Translations under genes and position numbers: made by a program
Origin: Nemertoderma westbladi
Lineage: Eukaryota; Animalia; Xenacoelomorpha
Assembly: GCA_032718475.1 (NCBI GenBank)
Contig: JAUCBJ010000118.1
Span: 709-64,708 of the forward strand
Length of the DNA: 64,000 bases
Direction: 5' to 3'
In this document: one piece after another, positions 46,090 to 58,381 of the stretch
Layout of the letters: the number at the start of each line of letters is the position of its first letter
Position numbering within the stretch: position 1 is the stretch's first letter
Notes under the pieces: model-generated
Told to the model about the DNA's origin: nothing
The model's input: the letters and a program-made list of their open reading frames with translations, nothing else
The model's database searches: none

Positions 46090-46723
46090 CATATCGTCCC
46101 TTTCATTTTGAAGCCATTTTTGCTGAAATGGAGATTGCTGCATTTCTTTATGTTAAAATGTATTCTGAATCCGATTAACACACTTAGGAGGCCACACTCC
46201 CACGTATAACTGAGATATTTAACGTTTCAAAACCACCTATATGCCAGTTTTGTATAGACCGCATGAGAACGAATTTTTTTTAAAACAACCTATATAATAC
46301 ATTTTACTATTATAAATAAGGTAAGGCCAGGAAACGTTGATATTATAAAATAGGAAACAACGAGTCATGAGGTAGAATTGTTGTTTATTATAATAGGGGG
46401 AGATTTTGATTTATATTTTAAAACTTAATAATCGAATTTTTCTTAAGGGTTTTAATGCTTTTTGAGTAATCATTGTAAAAAATTTAGTATTTTTTTTTAA
46501 ACAACCTATATCCCTATACATTGTTTCCTACCTAATATGTTACATAATTCCAATACCAAAACTGTTTTTGTTTAAAATCGTTACATTTAATGTATTTTTT
46601 AAAAGTAAATAAGACCAAAATCCTGGAGTATTACTTGCAAACAAAATTAGAATCAATAATGCTGTTTTGCAGGAAAAGTCAATTTTGTCATTTAGGGTGT
46701 TTGAAAATGAAAGGGACGATATA
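46090..46723. mobile_element. Non-autonomous P-type MITE (634 bp) with 7-bp TSD
   Basis: Ends CATATCGTCCCTTTCATTTT / AAAATGAAAGGGACGATATA. TSD CGGGATG at 46083-46089 and 46724-46730. Confidence 0.85.
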
Positions 46724-46768
46724 CGGGATGGAGCAGCAATAGACCTTCTCCATGCCGCACATAATTAA

Positions 46769-47675
46769 ACCTATTAGTACCGGGCTATAAAATCCCCCCC
46801 CCCCCCCTCTAATATCTACAAATACATGTTTTACATATAATTTACATTTGAAAATCCCCCCAATTACAGAAAATTGGCGGGAACGTTTGAAACTCTCATA
46901 ACTTGAAAGGCGTTTTTCTCAAAACTTTGTTAATATTTGGTCATAAGACTACTAATTTTCAAAACTCCATATCTCGACAACACTTTATCGGATTTGAAAT
47001 CTGTTTTCAGTGTTCGATTCAGCATAAAAATGTGTATTTGAATCAATAAAAAAACACAAATTTATTCTTAGTAACCGTAGGTCGGTTTCTTGACCAAACC
47101 TCACAAATTCGGAAGTTACAATTTTCTGCTAATCTTTTTTTTAATATAGGTTTTCTGGGGCGCCGAATCCATTGGAAGAATTTAAAAATTATTTGATTTC
47201 TATAAATGGCCGTTTTAGTCCTTTACATAGGCATCGAAAAATAGCTTCGAAAAATACAAGTTTGATACGCGTGGTGCAACTCGTATTTATCTCGAAAAAA
47301 GCAAGTTTGAAATTTCTAAATTAATTTATATGAATTCCAACTAATGGAAAACACCAAAAAATCGGTGTAAATCAAAAATATATATGTTACAAATCATATG
47401 CAAATGTGATTGTTATGTATGAAATCTTAATTTACAAAAACGTCTCAAAAAATGCCACAAGTAAGGTTAAAAAATGGTGCTACAGTATAACTCAAAAACT
47501 ACCCAATATTTTTGAAAACCGTTTTTATTATTAGGAAGACAATAGATGTTTAGGAAAAGTCGTACATTTCCAGAATTCCAACTGCGTTTGTTTCAGAGTT
47601 ATATATTAAAAACCACGGGGTGTCATATTGACCCCCCCCCCCCCCCCCCACGCCCGCACCCTGGGTTTAATAAAG
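46769..47675 (+). mobile_element. piggyBac-type non-autonomous element, internally deleted copy
   Basis: TTAA on both sides; cctattagtaccgggctataaaat start; internal homology to 56000-57566. Confidence 0.8.
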
Positions 47676-47817
47676 TTAAATAATTTAACCGTAAGAGAGG
47701 TATTTGGCATACTTTTGTGGGTTTATGGTACAGTAGGAATTCGAAAAGTACAGTAGTACATGTTCCACCCACTAATTATAATTAAATAGCTTCACTTCGA
47801 ATCTCTTAGTGAAAGAG

Positions 47818-49770
47818 TCAAATTCTTATTGAACTTAGGGTGGTATTCTGTGTAACCTTCTCATTACACATCTGAATACCGTCATTTACTGTGGTGCATA
47901 AATTCCCAGTGGGAATTGATTCTAATATACCACTAGCTTTAAGAGCTCTTTTAATCTTTTTATTGCAACATGCAAAGATAAGGCAAATAGATGCCTTTTC
48001 ACAATCATCAATAAGAGTTTTTATTGTATTTATCGCAACAATGTCTATAAATGTAAATGAAGTACAATCAACTATTATAGCTTTTAGCGATTCATCAGAC
48101 ATGTCTACATCAACATCTTCAATATGTTTTGTAGTATTGAGAGGAATAAAATCGTGCTTTACTGGGTTTTTCTCACCCTTTAATTCTTTTACTTTTAAAA
48201 GATCTTTAAGGCCAGTTCTTTTCCGCAATTGTTGTTCAAAATATGCGGCATTGATAAAACAAATAGAGGATGTCATTCTGAAGATGACCACCCCTGGAAA
48301 TGGTATTACAGGTGTTTTAGTTGAGTCAGGAAGTAGTGTGGTTGAACAATGAGGTCTTTGAGATCTATAAATAACGCCCAACAAGTTGAATCCGACACCA
48401 CAAGCAAGTCCAAGATTTAAACCCAACAATGTATTAGAAACGAATGTAACTAGAAATACCGCAAAGTCAAATCGGCAAATTCTCCAAATCTTTGGAAGAT
48501 CTAAAATTTGAATATAAAGATTATGAAGAGCGACAATAACAATAGCTGCTAGAACAGCGTTGGGAAGAGAATAAAAAAGTGTACCAGCTGCTAAAAGCAC
48601 GATGAGGACCACACAGCTGGAAAATATGCTAACAAGTTGGGTCTTTCCACCGGCGTCAACCTGTATCGATGTCAATGAAACGCTCGCGAAAGAAGTGTAA
48701 CACTGAAAGAATGAGCCAACAATACCGGTAATTCCTTGCGCAATCAATTCCTGATTACCATCCAATGGGTAGTTGAGTTTACGGGCAAACATTTTCGACA
48801 TGGAAAAGCCAACGAGGAATGCCACTAGTCCTATTGGAATGCTGTTAACTATTAATTCAGAGAGATTATCAGCAATAAATTGAAATGGTGGCGGTTGAGG
48901 TGAAGGCAGTCCAGTTGGAATGAAGCCCAAGACAGGAACACCAAAATTTTTTGCAAAATCGAGGTAATGGGATATTAAAGTCACTATAATCAAAACAACA
49001 AGTTCTCCAGGTAGAGGGACTATAAGCCTTTGTTTAAACCGTTGATTGCAATATCGCATCGCATATAGAAAAGATATACACACCAAAGATATAATCAAAC
49101 ATGCAACGTTTGTGTCTTGGATTTGCATGGAAATATCAGCTATTTTATAGCCGACTGACAGAATTCCGTTGCGTGTTGGTACCACCAGCCCCAAAACGTG
49201 CTTCATTTGGCTAACGGCAACATGAATAGAAATACCTGAGGTGTAACCTTTAATAAACGGATCCGAAAAATAAATTGTTGTGAAACCAAGGCGAAAAACT
49301 CCCAGGAGAAGGTGCAAAAGTCCAATAATGAATGCCATAGCCATCGCACAACCAATGTAAGCTGCCATGTACTCAGAATTTGTTCTTAAAGTAGTGGAAT
49401 CTGTGGCTGAAATTTCTTCAGTTTTCAATGGAACTAATTTGTTAATTACGCTGCCATACATTATACTAACAACTGGTGGAACTCCAAAAGCCGCATGGCG
49501 AGATGTACCGAAAGGGAAGTAAAGTAAAGGAGCGAGGAACGCCATGTACAGACCAAATATTGGTGGGAGACCAGCCAACATCGCGTAGGCCATGTCCTGC
49601 GGTATGTGCATAACTCCAACAGTCAGTCCCGCAATCAAATCCCCAAGAATATCCTTTTTCACATTGTATTTCGGCAACCATTTCACGGCGGGGATCTTGT
49701 TGGCAACCACTTTAACGAGACTCTTGGTGTCACACTGGAACTTGTTATTCAATCTGCCATCCATATCCAT
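47818..49770 (-). CDS. SLC26/SulP anion transporter (prestin/SLC26A-like) with STAS domain, intronless, 650 aa
   Basis: GDLIAGLTVGVMHIPQDMAYAMLAGLPPIFGLY, FGTSRH, GNQELIAQG, GGKTQL, and STAS motifs IFRMTSSICFINA and IIVDCTSFTFIDIVAI. Confidence 0.95.
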   Translation of the reverse strand: MDMDGRLNNKFQCDTKSLVKVVANKIPAVKWLPKYNVKKDILGDLIAGLTVGVMHIPQDMAYAMLAGLPPIFGLYMAFLAPLLYFPFGTSRHAAFGVPPVVSIMYGSVINKLVPLKTEEISATDSTTLRTNSEYMAAYIGCAMAMAFIIGLLHLLLGVFRLGFTTIYFSDPFIKGYTSGISIHVAVSQMKHVLGLVVPTRNGILSVGYKIADISMQIQDTNVACLIISLVCISFLYAMRYCNQRFKQRLIVPLPGELVVLIIVTLISHYLDFAKNFGVPVLGFIPTGLPSPQPPPFQFIADNLSELIVNSIPIGLVAFLVGFSMSKMFARKLNYPLDGNQELIAQGITGIVGSFFQCYTSFASVSLTSIQVDAGGKTQLVSIFSSCVVLIVLLAAGTLFYSLPNAVLAAIVIVALHNLYIQILDLPKIWRICRFDFAVFLVTFVSNTLLGLNLGLACGVGFNLLGVIYRSQRPHCSTTLLPDSTKTPVIPFPGVVIFRMTSSICFINAAYFEQQLRKRTGLKDLLKVKELKGEKNPVKHDFIPLNTTKHIEDVDVDMSDESLKAIIVDCTSFTFIDIVAINTIKTLIDDCEKASICLIFACCNKKIKRALKASGILESIPTGNLCTTVNDGIQMCNEKVTQNTTLSSIRI

Positions 49771-49913
49771 CCAATATTTACAGTAATAATTGAGAAACGG
49801 AGATGATTACTTTTATATTATGAGTTACGGAAGAATACTGCCTGCTCTGTAGAAAGTATGTTGATTTTGTAGTTCTCTCCTCAGTTGCGCGGCAACTGTA
49901 ACTGTAAATTACT

Positions 49914-50213
49914 GATAATATATTCCAGTTGTCATTTTAATATAATCTCCCTTTTCCTGGCTGTACCATTATCAGCTACTTGTACACAATGCACGCACGC
50001 ACAGTCCCATTAACATGACTTTACATCTGTTGTTAGTTCAGACTACAATTTGCAGTACTTTATGGATGGTCTAGGGACTTGTAGTCTGAACTAACAACAG
50101 ATGTAAAGTCATGTTAATGAGACTGTGCGTGCGTGCATTGTGTACAAGTAGCTGATAATGGTACAGCCAGGAAAAGGGAGATTATATTAAAATGACAACT
50201 GGAATATATTATC
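49914..50213. repeat. Near-perfect inverted repeat: 135-bp arms, 30-bp spacer
   Basis: 49914-50048 versus 50079-50213, one mismatch seen (cagtcccatt versus aatgagactg). Confidence 0.95.
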
Positions 50214-50565
50214 GTCACAACCGTTACACTTATAATAATAACACTGTTACATATATTTAATTATTCGCATATGCTTACCCTATCTGCCTCAATGAAGTGT
50301 GCAGAAATAGCCGTTGAATGTATAACACATGGCCACCCACATGCAGACAGCAGAATGACATTGAAAGGGGTACTAAATATCAAATTGATAGGAAAATAAT
50401 GATATTTGCGGACGGCAGTCTCTAAAAATACTGAAGTTTATATATATATATTTTTAGTATTATACAATATTCAATACTAGTGACGGGCCTAGCGGCCCGA
50501 TAAGGAACCGACTTTTTATTTCAAATAATAAAGACAATGAGAAATAGTATAGAACTAATAAATAT

Positions 50566-50761
50566 AATGAACGATATCGCCAAAGAAATAATTATCCACT
50601 TCATTTCAAATCAAATTAATATTAAATTAAATAATAACAAATACATAATAACACATACAGACATGAACCAACGGTTCAACATTTAATTTCAACGTTTAAT
50701 TTAATATTAATTTGATTTGAAATGAAGTGGAGAATTATTTCTTTGGCGATATCGTTCATTA
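50566..50761. repeat. Inverted repeat with ~66-bp arms
   Basis: aatgaacgatatcgccaaagaaataatt..ccacttcatttcaaatcaaattaatattaaattaaa and its reverse complement at ~50695-50761. Confidence 0.88.
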
Positions 50762-50770
50762 TTCTATTAA

Positions 50771-51912
50771 GGAGGGGGGGGGGGGGGGGGGGGGGGGGGT
50801 TCACCTCCAGTCTTTTTTTCCTCATTGTTTTTTTTCATGTGTTTTCCGATGTAAAATTTCATGGTGATTCCGAATCTGAAATCAGTTTTTCGATAAGGTG
50901 TTTTGTTCTCGAGTTATGGTAACTTTTGTAATTTTCACTCAAAATTTAAATTTTTTTAATTTTGGTGCAGCACCAAATTTGACACCAAAAAAACCATCAA
51001 ACACCCATAAATGTGAAAATATTTTGCCATTTGCGGAATCAGCGCCGAAAATTTGGCTATTGGTATCAAAACCACAAAAGTAGAATATATTTGAAAAATT
51101 TGAAAACATTTTCACTTTTGGTGCATGTTTGGACAGTTGTAATCAGGATGAAATTTAAATGTCATTTTTCTAGCATTGGCTATTTTTGGGACACTTTCTC
51201 TATCTACTTTTTAACTACTCCACAGATTTTCGTTCTGTTTGCAGAATTATGTAGAGGAATATTCCCCGCAAAAATTGTATGGACAGAATTTTGAAATTTT
51301 TTTCAAAAAAAAAGTTATAGCATTTTTTGTGTAAAAAATCGCTTAATTTTGGATTTTTTCGATTTTTCGGTATTTTTGAAACGAAAAATGCTATAACTTT
51401 TTTTTGAAACAAAATTTCAAAAATCTGTTTATACAAATTTTGCCGTTGAGTTTCGAGTTGAATCCGTTGAGTAGTTAATAAGTAGATAGAGAAAGTGTCC
51501 CAAAAAAAGACAAGGGACAAGCGAGAAAAATGACATTTAAATTTCATCCTGATTACAACTGTCCAAACATGCACCAAAAGTGAAAATTTTCTCAAATTTT
51601 TCAAATATATTCTACTTTTATGGTTATTTTGATACCTATAGGCTAATTTTCGGCGCTGATTCCGAAAATGGCAAAATATTTGCACATTTATGGGTGTTTG
51701 ATGGTTTTTTTTGGTGTCAAATGTGGTGCTGCACCAAAATTAAAGATTTTGAAATTTTGAGTGAAAATTACAAAAGTTACCATAACTCGAGAACAAAACA
51801 CCTTAACGAAAAACTGATTTAAGATTCGGAATCACCATAAAATTTTACATCGGAAAACACATTATAAAAAAAATTATGATGAAAAAAAAGACTGGGGGTG
51901 AACCCCTCCCAC
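50771..51912. mobile_element. Almost fully palindromic MITE with TTAA TSD (Kolobok-like)
   Basis: TTAA at 50767-50770 and 51913-51916; ~450-bp inverted arms plus an inner inverted pair (~51290-51425). Purine 5' end plus TTAA suggests Kolobok (inference). Confidence 0.82.
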
Positions 51913-53336
51913 TTAAGATTTCCCTCATCAAAAACTATTTCCGAATGCATTACTAATAATTATGTAAAAATAAAATCATATTTCATACAATAATTATTTA
52001 TAAATTCGATCTATTATTACTGTAGTTGCTCAAATCTAGAACAAAATCGACCTGCAAAAAGTGAAGACCTCGTTTTGGAATTTCGAAACCACGCTGGTGC
52101 GATGCGCGATATCGCGTTTAGTTAATAAATTGAAAACTCCATCAATTCATTTGCACCCAGTAATAAGAAATCGCGATAAATGTAATTAAATACAAATTAT
52201 TCTAGAAAAATTTTCCTCAAAAAGTATGAAGTATTGGCATTGGTGACGCGAAACTAGGCTAGTGCGATTCAGGTATTGGCAATTACTCAAATCAGTCAAA
52301 TCCATTCACCTGAATGGCACAGTAGAATAAACTAAAGTAAATTTCCCCAACAATGTTTGCCTATGGTCTGAAGGGAAGCCGCTAAATGCAATTCACCTAT
52401 AAAACATTTTGAATGCCACAGTGTGTAACCTGACACAGATACAGTAATAAGCATTGATTTGTACATTTCAAACTACAGTATAATGTTAGCCAATGGAGAA
52501 TCATGTGGCTGATTCCAAACTAAACCTTGGGAAGAGTTATTTAGCTGATGCGGTAATAGATTTCAAACTAAACCAACAAGTTGGCAACCTCATTTTGATT
52601 TAAGGAGCCCTAAAAATTAATAGAATCACTATTTCCTGATTGGTTTTAAATTGGGTACCTAGCAACGCCGTCAGCTGATTTCCAAATGCCATATTGCTGA
52701 TTTGGCGACAGGAAATAGTGATTCTAGTAATTTTAAGGACTATTTTAAGGGTCTTAAAACTACTAGAGTCACTATTTCGGAAGCCCTTAACACAACCAGA
52801 GGCACCATCCGGTAACACAGAGCCAGTGACAGAACTGACAAGCACCAGTTAAATATACTAACACTGTGGGGCGAGCCACGAAAGTGAGCGAGTTTTGAAT
52901 ACGGGTACCAATCTCAACTTCGCTTCTATCTGTCGGTCTGCCTGGCGATTGGTCGGTCGGTCCGTCTAATCTTTGAATGCTAATACAGTAACTCAGCGAA
53001 TCTTTGATGAAATTATACCAAACGTGGTACACAAGTAGTACGTCAAAAGTTTAGAAAGTTTTCAGAATTTTGGCGTCGTGCATTTAAATGGTCCGCCTCT
53101 AGGAGGCGCTAAATATCACTTCGTCTAGGCTTAATAACTTTTGAACCACTTCATTGATTTTGAATAACCTATGGATGGTTCTCAATTAATTATTATGTAC
53201 GGTTGGAGACATAAAACATCAGCATCGGTTGCTAGATGGCGTTCAAATTTACCGCTAGTATTTAAGTTTTGAATTAAGAATATTACATATAACCAATTAA
53301 ACTAATATTTATTACTATGACTTTGTGTTAATTTCA

Positions 53337-54563
53337 TGGAACCCATTTTGGCACTTAGAAGGATAATTGAAGAGTTATCAAAAAAGAAAGACAGGCATCT
53401 GGCTGTTATCTTTGTTGACTTCTTCAAGGCCTTTGATTCAGTCTCTCGCTCACTTACATATGTTCAGCATACTTGCATTATATGGGATTCCTGATGAAAT
53501 TATTGCAGCAATCAGATCAGTATACGATGGTTCGACAACATTTGTGTCTACTGTTGACAGTGACACAGAACCATTTGAAGTGTTATGGGGCGTCCTCCAG
53601 GGAGACACACTTGCACCATTCTTGTTCATAATTGTTGTTGACTATGTTCTACGCATGTCCTTAGAGCATCATAATGATGATGGGGTGATGATAACTCCAC
53701 CTATGGCTCCAGAAGTCGAGGAAATCCTGCCAAGTACCTAACTGATCTAGACTTTGCTGATGAATTAGGAGTACTCTCAGAATCACAAGAGGGAGCCCAA
53801 CGGCTCCTCAGCTCAATAGAACATGGTGCTTCTAGTGTTGGTCTTTTTATTAACTCCAGAAAGACCAAAATTTTGACAGTTAACTTTGAAAGTCCTCAGC
53901 AAGTCTCTGATCGGATGAGCATAAGCTCAAAAGATGGTATGCTTGAGCATGTGGACGACTTCTATTACCTGGGATCATGGATCCGGAAGTCAGGTGAGGC
54001 CTTCGAATACGTAAGGGAAAGGCATGGGCAGCCTTGAATAGGCTTTCCAGGATTTGGAAGTCACCGAGAATTAATCGGAAACTTAAGGTCCGATTATTTA
54101 GAGCAGCAGTAGTTCCAGTACTCCTCTATGGGAGTCCATGCTGGGCTCTATCTGCTGAGGACACCAAATCTCTGGATGGCACAAGAATGCTACACCGGGT
54201 TCATTGTGTCAAGTACAATGCACACATCTCCAACCAGACACTATATAATATTGGAGGTGTCTCATTGGTTCCCCCAAGCTTGATACTAGAACAAAATCGC
54301 CTCCGCTTTGCAGGACATTGCTTTCGCCGTGAGGACCAGCCAGTGCATAATCTTGTACTTTGGCAGCCTCATGGAGTGAATAAGCATGGTGGACAGCCCA
54401 TGACTTTCTTGAGACGCATCTTAAAGGACATTGGCCTTAAAGATGCGGATGATCTAGCAAATGTCATGGGTGATAGGGAGTTGTGGCGGCGCAATTTTGT
54501 CGACAAGCCGGCACAGCATTCTTAAAAATACAGCTGCAATGCAGCATGCCGATCCTAGTAGTA
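53337..54563 (+). mobile_element. RTE-like LINE, 5'-truncated (copy 4), 10-bp TSD
   Basis: GVLQGDTLAPFLFIIVVDY, DLDFADE, (TAG)n tail. TSD gttaatttca at 53327-53336 and 54564-54573. Confidence 0.93.
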
Positions 54564-55197
54564 GTTAATTTCAAACGTCTGTTTCCAATTTTCAAACTCT
54601 GTCATATTATTTAAGTGGACCTCTACATTTTCTCCTCCATTTAGACGTATGGGTATATGCACCTTTGTCCTTTAAATTACCTGAATATGGTATTTGGGTA
54701 TTCAATGATCTTTTATTTTTATAATGCCTACCGCAACTAATACATGATTCCATATTAATATTATATATTTTGACGCCAAACACTTTTGAAACAATTCGTT
54801 TGTTAACTGTATTAACTGCAATAACTCCTGCAGTACTCTACAGTACAAAATGGACTAGTTAAAGAGATACTATTGTACTGTAGTACAGTAGTACAGGCCT
54901 ACATCATACATGCTTTTCAATTTAGCACAGAGCACACTACTGCACATGGCAAAAAACGCAATCAAATAATGGAGCGAAATGAGATGATGAGAGTAATTAG
55001 ATCGTAATTACGAAAAACCGGAAAACTATAAATGCTAGGATTTCCCTAATATCCTTAACATGACGCACAAAACTAATCAAGTTATACTGCACAGATATTA
55101 ATTCATTTTAATTGTGTATTCAATTCAATACTTGGAGACGGCCCGGTGTACTGTACAATGCTTAGATACTGTAACTCCTTCTTGAATTGACTCCCCC

Positions 55198-55323
55198 GTC
55201 GTCTCAGCGTAGGCTGAGAACACTCCTCAGTCGTCTCAGCGTAGCCTGCGAACACTCCTCAGTCGTCTTAGCCTAGGCTGAGAACACTCCCCAGTTATCT
55301 CAGTCTAGGCTGACAACACTCCC
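55198..55323. repeat. ~31-32 bp tandem repeat, 4 copies
   Basis: gtcgtctcagcgtaggctgagaacactcctca-like units with an internal ctcagc/gctgag stem. Confidence 0.85.
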
Positions 55324-55324
55324 C

Positions 55325-57935
55325 TCGATATATTGAAAAATATCGAGACATGAAAAATATCGAGAGTAAAAATAACGCGAGTAAAAATATCGAGTGTGGA
55401 AAAATAACGATAATATCGAGAGTTCAAAAAATATCGAGCGTAAAAAAATCGAGAGTAAAAATATCGACTGTTGAAAAATATCAAGAGTAAAAATATCGAG
55501 TGTTGAAAAATATCGAATTTTGAAAATTATCGAGAGTAAAAATATCGAGTGTTGAAAAATATCGAGAGTAAAATATCGAGTGTTGAAAAATATCGAGAGT
55601 AAAAATATAGAGTGTTGAAAAATATCGAGAGTAAAAATATCGAGTGTTGAAAAATATCGAGAGTAAAAATATCGACAGTAACAATTTTTTTAACTAAGGG
55701 TTGTATGATAATTGTTTTCTTAAAAATGTTCTAGAACCAAAAAATGTGTTCTAGAACAAAAAATATTTATCAACATTGGTAGCTAACACGTGTTCTATAA
55801 CATTTATAAAAATAAGTAGAAAATACTAGCTAACTATTTTAAAAAATTAAAAATATATTCTAGAATTAAAAAATGTGTTTTAGAACAAAAATATTTATCA
55901 AAATTGATAGCTAGCACTTATTCTATAATATTTATTAATAAAATAGCAAAAACTAGCTAGTATAATATATCTGGTGAATGGGTACCCAAGGTGTATTAAC
56001 CCTATTAGTACCGGGCTATAAAATGTTGTACAAATACCGGGGGGGGGGGGTCATATTGACCCCCCCCTCTAAAACCTACAAATATTTACGAAAACGTCTG
56101 ATTTTTTGTTTGTACGTAGGTATCACTTGTCTGGATCCGACCGAAAAAAAAATTTTCGAAAAAATGTACTGGCGTGGTTATATTGCAGCACCAAAATTAC
56201 AAGTACAGTGCACAATTTTCACAAAATTTGAAAGTTACATTTTCGGCCAAATATTTTTCAATACAGGTTTTCTGGGGTGCAAAATACATTGGAAAATATT
56301 TAAAAATGATATGATTACTATAAATGGCTGTTTAGTCCTCTCTGCGTAGGAAAAAAATGAAAAAAACAAGTAACCAGCACTTTTCAGTTAGAACACAAAA
56401 TTTTTAATTCACTTATACGACGCTATAAATTCACATTTTCAGGTTTTCGAGGGCACTGATTCTAATGGAATACATTTCTAATATGCCAGATCATTGCTAC
56501 TTGTATTTTTCGGCGTTATTTGACAAATTTTGGTGCTAGCACCAAATTTCGTACCCATCAGCAAAAAGTACAAGTTTGCGATGTCCAGTGCTGTTTTTAT
56601 TGATTCCATCGGATTCAGGACCCTCATAAACCCGTATAACGCAAGAAACAAGGTGATACTATCTACTTATCAATTTGCATATTTTCCAAAATTTGGTGCT
56701 GGCACAACAATTTTCACCCACCGGCGAAAAATATAAGTTTGAGAAGTCTTAAGAAATTTTTACTGATTCCATTGATTTCAGAACCATCACAAACCCGTAT
56801 AACGCAAGAAACAAGGTGACACAATCAATTGATATATTTGATGGTTTTTAAAATTTGGTGCTAGCACAACATTTTGCACCCACATCCGAAAAATACAAGT
56901 TTGAGATGTCTAGTTCGATAATTATATTTTCCATTGAATTCAGAACAGCCATAAACCTCTAAAACGCAAGAAATAAATTGTCACAAGCAATTTTATCTAT
57001 TGAATGGATTTTCAAAATTTCGTGCTAGCACCAAAATTTGCACACAGCACCGAAAAATACAAGTTTGATACGCTTGGTGCAACTCGTATATATTTCATCG
57101 AATCCAGAACCCCAAAAAAACCCCAATTGCGTAAAAAACAAGTTTCAAACAATCAATTTACAAAATTGACTTATTTCAAAATTTGGTGCTGGCACCAAAA
57201 TTTGGCACCCACCGAAAAAAACAAGTTTGAAATTTCTAAATCAATTTATATGAATTCCATCCAATTTCTAACACCAAAAAACCGGTGTAAATCAAAAATA
57301 GAGATGTTACAATTCATATATAATGAAATGTAATTTTCAAAAAACGTCTCAAAAAAAGTGCCAAAAGTAGGGTTAAAAAATGGTGCTATAACTCGAAAAG
57401 TACCCAATATTTTTGAAAACGGTTTTCACTACTAGGAAGGCAATAGATTTTTAGGAAAAGTCATAAAATTTCAGATTCCCAACTGCGTTTGTTTCAGAAT
57501 TATAATAAAAAAACCACGGGGGAGGGGGTCATATTGACCCCCCCCCCCCCCCCGGGTTTAATAGGGTTAATGCCATTTACTTGCACTTGCACTGTTGTAA
57601 CCCATGCACTGAAATATTGTCCCATAATTCTAAATAAAATGCTCAAGCAAAAGGCAATATTTTTACTCTCGATATTTATCAACACTCGATATTTTTCAAC
57701 ACTCGAAATTTTTACTCTCGATATTTTTCAACACTCGTTATTTTTATATTTTTCATCTCGCGTTATTTTTACTCTCCATATTTTTTAATTGCGTTAATTT
57801 TCAACACTCGTTATTTTTACTCTCCATATTTTTTAATTGCGTTAATTTTCAACACTCGTTATTTTTACTCTCGATATTTTTACTCTTGTTAATTTTACTC
57901 TCGATATTTTTCAAGTCTCAATATTTTTCACCATT
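55325..57935. repeat. Foldback-like element with inverted 15/17-bp minisatellite arrays (55325-55682 and 57657-57932)
   Basis: aaaaatatcgagagt / aaaaatatcgagtgttg arrays on the left and their reverse complements on the right, enclosing a piggyBac-type insertion. Confidence 0.8.
56000..57566 (+). mobile_element. piggyBac-type non-autonomous element with internal ~120-170 bp repeats
   Basis: TTAA|CCCTATTA...TAATAGGG|TTAA; repeated aaatttggtgctagcac..gaaaaatacaagtttg blocks at ~56520-57300. Confidence 0.9.
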
Positions 57936-58251
57936 ACCCTCCCCTTATGCTGAGGTGACTCCCCTTACGCTGTGATGACTCCCCTAATTGAGTTATAATT
58001 AATATCCGTACCAGTGTTATTTTCTTATATTGCAAAAATAAAACTGTAACCTATGTTATTTTTTTTTTTTTCTGAATTTTCTCGAATTATTCGAGAAATT
58101 TATTTTTTTTATTAACTTGCCATAGAAAATGTATTATATAGGTCATGATTGAGATCAAATTAACTAAATAAATGAATACGAGTCCATGTTCTCTATAACG
58201 AATACAAGTAAATGTTTTCTGATACATAACGTCTAAAACTGTTGCGGGTCC

Positions 58252-58381
58252 TTACGCCCTCTTGCCTCTGATCCTACGGGCCAGTTTGGATATCCTTCGG
58301 CATTATGGTAACTCGATTGGCGTGGATAGTGCACAGATTCGTGTCCTCAAACAATCCAACGAGATAAGCCTCAGATGCTTC
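58252..58381 (-). pseudogene. Histone H3 C-terminal fragment (from E94 to the stop), with a +1 frameshift
   Basis: [32 protein letters not shown]-(extra A)[10 protein letters not shown] versus canonical [42 protein letters not shown]. Confidence 0.95.

Noticed and set aside
51013-51822. Paired similar ORFs on opposite strands
   Set aside because: Consequence of the palindromic MITE arms.
55198-55323. ~31-bp palindromic repeats resembling a CRISPR array
   Set aside because: Units are head-to-tail with no unique spacers, there are no cas genes, and the context is eukaryotic.
58252-58381. Functional histone H3 gene or its last exon
   Set aside because: It lacks codons 1-93, has no AG acceptor at the junction (preceded by TGTAGT), and carries a frameshift and three substitutions at invariant residues.
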